Shown here one piece after another: positions 21,314 to 29,480 of a stretch of 52,864 nucleotides of DNA. The notes under the pieces are model-generated. The model was not told where the DNA came from, ran no database searches, and saw only the letters and a program-made list of their open reading frames with translations. The DNA lies in assembly GCA_965201075.1 (NCBI GenBank), contig CBDAVP010000010.1:186001-238864 (forward strand). Direction: 5' to 3'. Position numbers and translations under genes: made by a program. How positions within the stretch are numbered: the first letter of the stretch is position 1; each line of letters opens with the position of its first letter. The DNA is from Isosphaeraceae bacterium. Lineage in GTDB: Bacteria; Planctomycetota; Planctomycetia; Isosphaerales; Isosphaeraceae.

Positions 21314-22232
21314 CCGTGGCCCCTCCGGGCGCGGGAAGGGCCGCATTGTCGATCAGCCGGGCCGGCCCGAGCCGAGCGGCCAGCAAGGCGACGGCGTCCC
21401 GACCGGTCCCCAGCGTGGACAGCGGCCGGAGCGTTTCCGCATCGACGACCTCGGCATGGTCCAACCTCGCCAATGGCTCCGATTCTACCGTGTCTCGCAA
21501 AATCTGTCGAACCCGCCCGGCGTCGGACTCCCCCGCCCTCACCGCCTCGATGGCCTTCCGAAGCGCGACCGAGAGCACAACCGCCGCTCGCTGCTCCTCG
21601 GGCCCGAGGTAGCGGTTACGGCTGCTCATGGCCAGTCCATCGGCCTCGCGGATCGTGGGAGATGCCAAGATGCGCACCGGAATCAGGAGGTCTGCCACCA
21701 TCCGGCGGATCACCCGCAACTGCTGGAAGTCCTTGCGGCCAAAGATCGCCAGGTCGGGGCCGCACGCCATCAGCAGCTTCAGGACCACCGTCGCGACCCC
21801 CCGGAAATGCCCCGGACGGCTCGCCCCTTCCAGCACGTCCGAGAGCCCCGGCACCTCGACCCAGCACGCCCCGGCCCCCTCGGGGTACAGATCCTCGACC
21901 CCCGGCGCGAAGATCAACGACGCCCCCGAACGGCCGCAAAGGGAGCGATCTTCCTCCGGGGTCCGCGGATAGCGCGCAAGGTCTTCGGTTGGTGCAAATT
22001 GCGTCGGATTGACGAAGATCGACACCACCACGAAGCCGGCCACCTCCCGGCAGGCTTCGATCAACCGCCCATGCCCGGCGTGCAGGGCCCCCATCGTCGG
22101 CACCAGCCCGACGCCAAGGCCCCCAGCCCGGGCCTCGGCCACCCGTCGACGCAACTCGGCCACCGTGCGGACGACCAGAACCCCGCCGGAGGCGTCGGCC
22201 GTCGCGGACTTGCTCGCGGATTTCACGGTCAT
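21288..22232 (-). CDS. panC: Pantoate-beta-alanine ligase
   Basis: VPTMGALHAGH, SIFVNPTQF, RPGHFRGV, FGRKDFQQ, READGLAMSSRN and RLIDN motifs. Confidence 0.97.
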   Translation of the reverse strand: MTVKSASKSATADASGGVLVVRTVAELRRRVAEARAGGLGVGLVPTMGALHAGHGRLIEACREVAGFVVVSIFVNPTQFAPTEDLARYPRTPEEDRSLCGRSGASLIFAPGVEDLYPEGAGACWVEVPGLSDVLEGASRPGHFRGVATVVLKLLMACGPDLAIFGRKDFQQLRVIRRMVADLLIPVRILASPTIREADGLAMSSRNRYLGPEEQRAAVVLSVALRKAIEAVRAGESDAGRVRQILRDTVESEPLARLDHAEVVDAETLRPLSTLGTGRDAVALLAARLGPARLIDNAALPAPGGATDAVEDPEK

Positions 22233-22241
22233 GGGAGGCGC

Positions 22242-22592
22242 TCAGGTTCGGTGCGGGCAGTCGGGGTTGTTCAGGCAGTCGTCGGAGATCAACAGGTCGT
22301 TCAGGATCTCGCCGCCGATCAAGGTCTTCTGGACGATCCGCTCGGCGTCCTCCTCGTGGACCCGCCCGTACCAGATTCCCTGGGGATAGATCACCACGAC
22401 CGGGCCATGCTCGCACTGGTCGAGGCAACTGGCGTCATTCGCGCGGGCGACCTCGCCCAGTCCCGCCCGCTTCAGCGCTTTCTTGAACGCCGAGCGAAGC
22501 CGTCCCTTTTCCTCCGGGTCGCAACTGCCCCGAGAGTGCCCCGGCTTTCGCGAGTTGCCGCAGATGAACAGGTGGTGGGCGTAAGCGGCCAT
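22242..22592 (-). CDS. Thioredoxin-like [2Fe-2S] ferredoxin
   Basis: HLFICGNSR...GSC...SCLDQCEHGPVVVIYPQGIWY. Confidence 0.92.
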   Translation of the reverse strand: MAAYAHHLFICGNSRKPGHSRGSCDPEEKGRLRSAFKKALKRAGLGEVARANDASCLDQCEHGPVVVIYPQGIWYGRVHEEDAERIVQKTLIGGEILNDLLISDDCLNNPDCPHRT

Positions 22593-22799
22593 GAGTCGTC
22601 CGATCCTCGGAAGGTCGATATTCCCCCTCATGGTGGTTGCGCCTGCCTGGCCGGTCAAGCCCCGGGCTTTCCCCGACAGAGTCGAGAAGCGACGGGCGCG
22701 AGTTTTGCGTTGCTTCCCCCCCAGCCCCCTTCTACACTTGCCGATGGCTCGGGCGACTCGACCCGTCTTTCCCCCCTTCTTTCCGGAGGGCCCGGCCCT

Positions 22800-25319
22800 T
22801 TGGACCCGTCTCCAACGACCGCCGACCCCAACCTCGCCGGCCCGGCCCCCTCGGAGGCCCGCGACGGACTGGCTCACTCCTTCTCCTGGGATCGCACTAG
22901 CTTGCCGGCGATCTTGCTGGAAGCCACCGCCCAGCCGTTCGCGATGTTCGATCCCCACGGCCTCATCCTCCGCGTCAACCACGCCTATTCGGCCCTGACC
23001 GGTTACGAGGCCCACGAACTGATCGGTCGCAACGTCCTGGACCTCACCGCCCCCGGTTCCCAGCGCGACACCATTGAGGAACTGACCGCCCTGCGGGAGA
23101 CCGGCCGGGGTTGCCGGTTCGAGAAGCAGTACCGACGCAAGGATGGTCGGGAGATTCCCGTCGAGGTAATCGCCGATGTTTATCGAGACGAGTCGGGGAC
23201 GATCCTGGGCGTCTTTTCGTTTGTTTCCGACGTCAGCGAGCGGACGAGGGCCGAACGGGCCTTGAGGGCCTCGGAGGCCGGGTTTCGTCGCCTCTACGAC
23301 GAGGCTCCCATCGGCTTTGATGAGGTCGACGCCCGAGGCGTGCTGGTCAACATCAACCGGACCGAGTGCGAGATGCTCGGCTACGACCGCTCGGAGATGC
23401 TGGGCCGTCGGGTCGAGGACTTTTTGATCGACTCCGAGCGCGAGGGGGCCGCCGAGGCGATCGCCGCGATGATTCGGGGGGACCTGACGCCAGGTCCGGC
23501 CGAGCGCACCTACCAGACCAAGGACGGCCGCAGGCTGGTCCTGTCCGTCGAGAACCGCCAGTGGCTCGACTCCAGGGGGCGAGTTCTGGGCCTGCGACGG
23601 ACCGTCCGAGACGTGACCGACCGCCGGGAGGCCGAAACCGCGCTGGTCGCCTCGGTTCGCCAGGCCCGCGAGCTGTTCGAGGCCCTGGGCGATGCGGTGT
23701 TCGTCCATGACCTCGACGGCCGCATCCTCGACGCCAACCCCGCCGCCTGCCAGGCCCTGGGCTACACCCGCTCGGAACTGTTGGCGTTGGGTATTCGCGA
23801 CATCGACGCCGAGGGATTCGCCAAGGGATTCGCCGACCGCCTGGGCCAACAGATCCAACACGGCTCGCTTGCCTTCGAGGGGCTCCATCGCGCCAAGAGT
23901 GGCCGTCTGATCCCCGTGGAGATCACCACCTCGACCCTGGAATTCGGCGGGCGGATGGCCATCCTCGCCTCGATCCGCGACATCAGCGAGCGCAAGGCTC
24001 TGGAGGAGACGCGCAAGACCCTCGACGAGGCGAACCGCCGCAACGCCGAGGAGATCGAGGCCAAGAACCGCGAATTGACTCTGTCCGAGGCCCGCTCTCG
24101 CAGTCTCACCGAGGGGGGGCTCGACGCGGTCATCGTGGCCGACGATCGGGGCGTCCTGACCCTGTTCAACCCCGCCGCCGAGCGCACTTTTGGCTATTCG
24201 GCCGCCGAGGTTCTCGGACAGCCGATCACGGTCCTGATGCCCGAGGAGTATCGCTCGGCCCACTCCCACGGGTTCGCCCGCTACCTCCAGACCCGCGACC
24301 CCCGCGTCGTCGGCCGCACCGTCGAACTTCACGGTCGCCGCAAGGACGGCACCACCTTCCCGCTGGAACTCTCCCTCAGCGCCGTCGACGTGGCCGGCGA
24401 ACTGCAATTCATCGGCTCGATTCGCGACCAGGGGGAACGCCAGCGGATGCGGGCGATGCTGGCCCAGTCCGAGAAACTCGCCTCGATTGGTCTGCTCAGC
24501 GCTGGGGTCGCCCACGAAATCAACAACCCCCTGGCCTATGTCGCCAATAACCTGGCCGTGCTGGAGCGCGACCTGAAAGGGGTGCTTGACCTGATCGCCG
24601 GCTACGAGTCGGCCCGCGACTCCCTGGCCGAGTGCGCCCCGGAAGTTCTGGTCCGGGTGGATGCCGTGGCCGAGGAACTTGACTGGTCCTACGTTCGCGA
24701 CAACCTGGGACGGTTGCTCACCCGCACCCGAGACGGCGTTCAGCGGGTGGCCAACATCGTGGCCAACCTCCGCGGCCTGGCCCGGACGACCCCGCCGAAG
24801 ATGGAGGAAGTGGCCGTCGGCGACGTGCTGGGCGCGGCCCTGGAAATGCTTCAGGGGCGGCTGCGACGCAGCGGCATCGAGCTGGAGATTGACGTCCCTG
24901 ACGATCTTCCCAAACTGCGATGCGTGGCCGCTCAGATCGGTCAGGTCGTGCTGAACCTGATGGTCAACGCCTTGCAGGCGATCGAAACCTCCGAGCGCCC
25001 CGACGGGATCGGCGGGCGCCTGCGGATCGGCTCCCGCTCGACGGCCGAGCACCACGCCATTGAGGTCCAGGACAACGGGCCCGGCATTCCCGAGGAGGAT
25101 TTGCCGCGTCTGTTCGACCCCTTTTTCACCACCAAGCCGGTGGGCGAGGGGACAGGGCTGGGACTGTCGATCTCCCACGGCATCGTCGCCGGGCACGGGG
25201 GACGGATCGAGGTCGATAGCCAGGTCGGGCACGGGACTTGCTTCAGAATCCTCCTGCCCCGCGGCACCGCTGTCGCCGCGTCCCCGGGCCCGCCGGCGTC
25301 GGAGGCCGCATCGCCATGA
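22800..25319 (+). CDS. Multi-PAS sensor histidine kinase
   Basis: Four PAS/PAC repeats, H-box AGVAHEINNPL, N-box NLMVNALQA, DNGPGI and FDPFFTTKPVGEGTGLGLS. TTG start chosen from the GGAGG SD at ~22785. Confidence 0.92.
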   Translation: MDPSPTTADPNLAGPAPSEARDGLAHSFSWDRTSLPAILLEATAQPFAMFDPHGLILRVNHAYSALTGYEAHELIGRNVLDLTAPGSQRDTIEELTALRETGRGCRFEKQYRRKDGREIPVEVIADVYRDESGTILGVFSFVSDVSERTRAERALRASEAGFRRLYDEAPIGFDEVDARGVLVNINRTECEMLGYDRSEMLGRRVEDFLIDSEREGAAEAIAAMIRGDLTPGPAERTYQTKDGRRLVLSVENRQWLDSRGRVLGLRRTVRDVTDRREAETALVASVRQARELFEALGDAVFVHDLDGRILDANPAACQALGYTRSELLALGIRDIDAEGFAKGFADRLGQQIQHGSLAFEGLHRAKSGRLIPVEITTSTLEFGGRMAILASIRDISERKALEETRKTLDEANRRNAEEIEAKNRELTLSEARSRSLTEGGLDAVIVADDRGVLTLFNPAAERTFGYSAAEVLGQPITVLMPEEYRSAHSHGFARYLQTRDPRVVGRTVELHGRRKDGTTFPLELSLSAVDVAGELQFIGSIRDQGERQRMRAMLAQSEKLASIGLLSAGVAHEINNPLAYVANNLAVLERDLKGVLDLIAGYESARDSLAECAPEVLVRVDAVAEELDWSYVRDNLGRLLTRTRDGVQRVANIVANLRGLARTTPPKMEEVAVGDVLGAALEMLQGRLRRSGIELEIDVPDDLPKLRCVAAQIGQVVLNLMVNALQAIETSERPDGIGGRLRIGSRSTAEHHAIEVQDNGPGIPEEDLPRLFDPFFTTKPVGEGTGLGLSISHGIVAGHGGRIEVDSQVGHGTCFRILLPRGTAVAASPGPPASEAASP

Positions 25320-25873
25320 GTTCCGCACCCAGCCCAAGCCCGAGCCCAAATCCAAGCCCGGCCCCCCCCACTCCCGGGTCGGTCACCAAGCATTGCCTCT
25401 TGGTCGTGGATGATGAACCGGACGTTTGCGACTCGGTTTATGACCTCCTGCGCCGCGAGTTCCGCGTCCTGAAGGCTCACGGGGCCCAGGAAGGTTACCG
25501 CCTGATGCAGGAGGAGGAGATCCACATCATCATGACCGACCAGCGGATGCCGAGGATCTCCGGCGTCGAGTTGCTGGAAAAGGTCAAGTCGCGCAACCCT
25601 CACGCCGTGAGGATGTTGTACACGGGATACACCGACCTGGAATCGGTCATCGCCGCGATTAATCAGGGGCACGTTTTCCAGTTCCTGAAAAAGCCCTGGC
25701 AGCCCGAGGACTTGCTGTCCGCCGTTCGCCAGGCGGCGGTCGAATATGAGCGGCTGATCGCCTCGGCGGATGAGAGCAACCGGCTCAAGGATCTGCTTCA
25801 AACGCTCCAGGTCCGCCTCTCGGCCCTGGAGTCCCAGGTTGAGCGACTGGGTGGGACGCCCCCCTCGGCATGA
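25316..25873 (+). CDS. Response regulator (REC plus coiled coil)
   Basis: LLVVDDEPD, TDQRMP, YTGY and KKPW motifs; ATGA-coupled to the kinase. Confidence 0.92.
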   Translation: MSSAPSPSPSPNPSPAPPTPGSVTKHCLLVVDDEPDVCDSVYDLLRREFRVLKAHGAQEGYRLMQEEEIHIIMTDQRMPRISGVELLEKVKSRNPHAVRMLYTGYTDLESVIAAINQGHVFQFLKKPWQPEDLLSAVRQAAVEYERLIASADESNRLKDLLQTLQVRLSALESQVERLGGTPPSA

Positions 25874-27405
25874 CCGAACCTCCCGCCGCGCCGCCCCCCC
25901 GCCCCGTCGGACCCAGCGGTTCCGCCGCGCCCTCGCGTCGGGATGCCATTCTCCTGATCGTCGACGACGAGCCGGGCGTCCTGGAAGGGCTTCGACACCT
26001 CTTCCGCCGTGACTATCGGGTCCTGACAGCGCCCGACGGCGAAGCCGGGTTGGTGATCTTGGCTCAAGAGCCGGTCCGCGTCATCCTGTCGGACCAGCGG
26101 ATGCCGGGACTTCGCGGAGACGCGTTCCTGGCCCGTGCCCGTTTGGTGCGTCCCGAGGCGATCCGCCTGCTATTCACCGGTTACGCCGACCTTCAGGCGG
26201 TCATCAACGCGGTCAATGACGGCCAGATCTATCGCTACCTGACCAAACCCTGGGAGCCGTCCGAACTCCAGGCCATCATCCGCCAGGCGTTTGACCAGTT
26301 CGACCTGCTGGAGGAGCGCCGACGGCTGCTGGTGGAGTTGCACGAGGCCAACGATCGGCTCACTCGGGCCAACCTCGACCTGGCCACCTCGGTCGCCTTG
26401 AAGTCGACGTTCCTGGAGGTCGCCAGCCACGAGTTCAACACCCCGATCACCCTGGTCCAGGGGCTCAGTGAGTTGCTCCGCCTGCTCGACCCCGACCGGC
26501 CCGAGGCCGAGAGTGAGGTCGTCGAGCAGATCGCCGCGGGGGCCCGACGCTTGGGGAAGCTCGTCGCCTCGACGCTGCAACTGCTGGAGGCCGACGACCC
26601 CGGCCAGGTTCTCCGCCTGGAGACGGTGGACCTCGCTCCCTGGCTGGCCGAGGTGGCCGAGAGCGTCCGGCCGTTCGTCCGGGCGCGGGGGCAGTTCTTG
26701 AGGGTCGAGATTCAGCAGGGGCTGGGCACCTTCGCGATCGACCCGGCCAAGGTTCGCGACGCGGTGATCAACTTGCTGACCAACGCCATCAAGTTCACGC
26801 CCGACGGCGGCTCGTTGTCGCTGGAGGCCGAAGTTCGGGGGGATGGGGCCGAGGTTCGCGTCGTCGACCAGGGTGTCGGCATCGCGCCCGCGGACCTGAG
26901 TCACCTGTTCACGCCGTTCTTCACTCAGTTGGACCCGAGCCGTCACTCCTCGGGCGACCTGGGTTTCCAGAAACGCGGACTGGGGCTGGGCTTGAGCTTG
27001 ACTCGGCGATTCGTCGAGATGCACGGCGGCCTCGTCGGGGCCGAGAGCCGGCCGGGCCAGGGGACGCGGATGACGATTCTCCTGCCGAGACGGGGGTTCC
27101 CCCTGGCGCCTCTCCCCGGTAGAATCCCTCGGAGGGACCGACGGCGAGGCGTCGGGGATCCCCTTGGGGACGGCCCCACTCGTCCCCTGACGTCCCGGAC
27201 ACCCCCTCGCCGCGCTGCGGGCCCTCTTGATGCCGACCGCCCTGATCGTCGAGGACGAACCCGAGGCCAACAAGCTGCTGGCGATGGTGGTCCGGTTGCG
27301 GGGCTATCGGACCGAGTCGGCCTTCACCGGCGGCGAGGCCCTGGCCAAGGCGGGGCAGCACCCTCCGGACGTCGTCCTGTTGGACCTGATGCTGCCGGAC
27401 ATTGA
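25870..27405 (+). CDS. Hybrid REC-histidine kinase; true stop probably near 27120
   Basis: REC domain (VDDE, SDQRMP, TKPW), ASHEFNTP, NLLTNAIKFT, DQGVGI and GLGLGLS. After LLPRRG a low-complexity tail overlaps the next gene by 179 bp. Confidence 0.88.
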   Translation: MTEPPAAPPPRPVGPSGSAAPSRRDAILLIVDDEPGVLEGLRHLFRRDYRVLTAPDGEAGLVILAQEPVRVILSDQRMPGLRGDAFLARARLVRPEAIRLLFTGYADLQAVINAVNDGQIYRYLTKPWEPSELQAIIRQAFDQFDLLEERRRLLVELHEANDRLTRANLDLATSVALKSTFLEVASHEFNTPITLVQGLSELLRLLDPDRPEAESEVVEQIAAGARRLGKLVASTLQLLEADDPGQVLRLETVDLAPWLAEVAESVRPFVRARGQFLRVEIQQGLGTFAIDPAKVRDAVINLLTNAIKFTPDGGSLSLEAEVRGDGAEVRVVDQGVGIAPADLSHLFTPFFTQLDPSRHSSGDLGFQKRGLGLGLSLTRRFVEMHGGLVGAESRPGQGTRMTILLPRRGFPLAPLPGRIPRRDRRRGVGDPLGDGPTRPLTSRTPPRRAAGPLDADRPDRRGRTRGQQAAGDGGPVAGLSDRVGLHRRRGPGQGGAAPSGRRPVGPDAAGH

Positions 27406-28006
27406 TGGCTATGAGGTTTGCTCGACCTTGAAGTCGCGGCGGGCCACCAATCCGGTGCCGGTGGTCATGGTCTCGGCCCGGGTGGCGGCGGACAACCGCC
27501 AGCGGGGCCTACGCGTGGGCGCCGACGATTACGTCCCCAAGCCGTACACCCCCGACCAGATCTTCCGCGCCCTGGCCGCCGCCGAGTGCCGCCGCCTGGC
27601 CCTGCAATCGCACGAGGACCGCGGCGCCTTCGCCCTGGGAGAGCCCGCCGAGGCCGAAACCGAGACCCTGGCGGCCATCGCTCGGTTGCGGGCTTTGCTG
27701 CTGGCTCGCACCGACTGGGAAGAGGCCGAGGTTGCCCGTCTGGCCGACGTCCTGACCGACCTGGGCCGCGACGCCTCCCGACACGCCCGGGACCGCGGCC
27801 TCGATCGGGTCGCCGCGGTTCGCTACCGACGACTGCCCGACCGCCTCACCCTGACCCTCAACGACGAGGACGACTGGCTCGGCCCCACCAACCAGTCGCC
27901 CCTGGCCCCGCTCTTGCCCCTGTTCGACCGGGCCGACAACGACGCTCACGGTCGCGAGGTCGTCCTGACCAAGTATCTGGAACCGACGCCGGCCGCCCGT
28001 TCCTGA
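27227..28006 (+). CDS. Response regulator with a degenerate anti-sigma (RsbW-like) C-terminal domain
   Basis: LIVEDE, LDLMLPDIDG and GADDYVPKP; the C-terminus follows the HATPase_c_2 pattern. Confidence 0.85.
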   Translation: MMPTALIVEDEPEANKLLAMVVRLRGYRTESAFTGGEALAKAGQHPPDVVLLDLMLPDIDGYEVCSTLKSRRATNPVPVVMVSARVAADNRQRGLRVGADDYVPKPYTPDQIFRALAAAECRRLALQSHEDRGAFALGEPAEAETETLAAIARLRALLLARTDWEEAEVARLADVLTDLGRDASRHARDRGLDRVAAVRYRRLPDRLTLTLNDEDDWLGPTNQSPLAPLLPLFDRADNDAHGREVVLTKYLEPTPAARS

Positions 28007-28025
28007 ATCTCGCCTGGCCGCGCGC

Positions 28026-29480
28026 TCAAGCTCCCGTGACGTAGGCGACCTGAACCATCGCCTGCAAGGCCAGCACCTGCGCCCCCATCAGGCCAACGGT
28101 TGCGGCCAAGACCCCCGGCCCGCCGCCGGCGCGGATCAGCCCGGCGCCGGCCGCGGCATAGAGGGGGGGCATCATCGGTAGCCACAACCGGGCCACTTCC
28201 CCCAGGTTCCGCCCGCTGAACTCAAGCAAGACCAGAACCGCCAGCGAGGCCCACGCTCCCCTGGGCACCCGCCGGCCGGCGAACCCCACCACCGCCCAGA
28301 CCGCCGCCGGCAACCCCATCCCCACCACCAGGTCGGCGACGTTGGCGATGATCCAGGGAACGTAAGATCGCGGATAAGTGACGTAAAACCTGGCGTGGTT
28401 CACCAGATTTGACGTCCAGTAGACGAAAGGATTCGCGCCGGACGCCCAACTCCCGAGCAGGGTCGGCAGCAGAAATCCGGCACCCGTGGCGACGACTCTT
28501 CCCAATCGGCGACGGTTTGAGCCTGGCGTTCCAACTAGCTCGACAAGGGCGACCGCCATACCAACCGGCAGAAAGGCCAGGGTGAAGCCCATGCCCAGGG
28601 CCAGCACCGCGCCGGCCGCCGCCGTGGAGGGAAAGGTGCCGCGAGCGGCCAGGGCGAGGGCCGTCGCCGCCAGCAGGGGCCAGAGGGCGTCGGAGGTCGG
28701 CTGGAACATCAACGCCGAGGTCCCCGCCGGCCAGAGCGCCGCCGCCGCCCACGCCCCCGTCGCGGGAAGTTCCGACCTCGTCAACGCATACAGCGGCACC
28801 ACCGTCAGCGAACAGGCCAGCAAGGTCGCGCCGGCGATGACCTCCAGGGCCGCGCGGTCGGCCAGGGGCAATTCCCTCTCCTTGGCCGCCCGTTCGCGAA
28901 ACCCCCAGGTCACCCGAGGCGGAGCCCACTCGACCACCGAGCGGGCCCACGACGGATGGCCCCGGAACAGGTCGAGCAGGGCGGCGTTGAGCAAGATCAG
29001 GCCGGGTGGGTGGGTGCCGATGTGCAGCGCGTCCTGTCGGCGGATCCACTCCGGGTACGCCTTCCAGAAGGCCCAGGGGTCGCGAACTTCCCGGGCCGCG
29101 ACGTGGTAATAGCCACTGGAGCCCGCATGTCCCAGGACCAGGGCGACCTTCTCCTCGCCCACTCCCTCGGGAGCCCCGCCGATGGCGGCGTACTGAAAGG
29201 CGACCGCCGCGAGGGCCAGCGCCGCCACCCAGGCCGATTCCCGCCAGATCCCGGCCCGGCGCCCCAGCGCCCGCATCCCGGCGGCGGCGAACGCGGCGAA
29301 CGCCCCCAGGGCCAGCAACGCCCACGCCAGGTCTTGAGGGTTGGGCCCGGCCGCGTCCAGTCGTGGCCAGACCCATTCGCCCCGCACTCCCAGGGGAATT
29401 CTTGGATCGCGCACGAGGGCCCAGAGCACGAGAAGTCCCACCACCTGGACCGCCAGCCACCACGCCCACGGCCGCCTCAT
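28026..29480 (-). CDS. Polytopic membrane protein, GT-C glycosyltransferase-like
   Basis: Many TM segments plus HIGTHPPG, SDALW and GEVARLWLP motifs; the ATG overlaps the upstream stop. Confidence 0.7.
   Translation of the reverse strand: MRRPWAWWLAVQVVGLLVLWALVRDPRIPLGVRGEWVWPRLDAAGPNPQDLAWALLALGAFAAFAAAGMRALGRRAGIWRESAWVAALALAAVAFQYAAIGGAPEGVGEEKVALVLGHAGSSGYYHVAAREVRDPWAFWKAYPEWIRRQDALHIGTHPPGLILLNAALLDLFRGHPSWARSVVEWAPPRVTWGFRERAAKERELPLADRAALEVIAGATLLACSLTVVPLYALTRSELPATGAWAAAALWPAGTSALMFQPTSDALWPLLAATALALAARGTFPSTAAAGAVLALGMGFTLAFLPVGMAVALVELVGTPGSNRRRLGRVVATGAGFLLPTLLGSWASGANPFVYWTSNLVNHARFYVTYPRSYVPWIIANVADLVVGMGLPAAVWAVVGFAGRRVPRGAWASLAVLVLLEFSGRNLGEVARLWLPMMPPLYAAAGAGLIRAGGGPGVLAATVGLMGAQVLALQAMVQVAYVTGA

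Noticed and set aside
21264..22799. 512-codon N-terminal extension of the 1351-aa kinase ORF
   Set aside because: It is antisense to panC and the ferredoxin gene, a GC-rich open-frame artefact; an SD-supported TTG lies at 22800.
22593..25355. 1037-aa minus-strand ORF ending in the ferredoxin
   Set aside because: Only the last 116 aa are real; the rest is the antisense shadow of the kinase.
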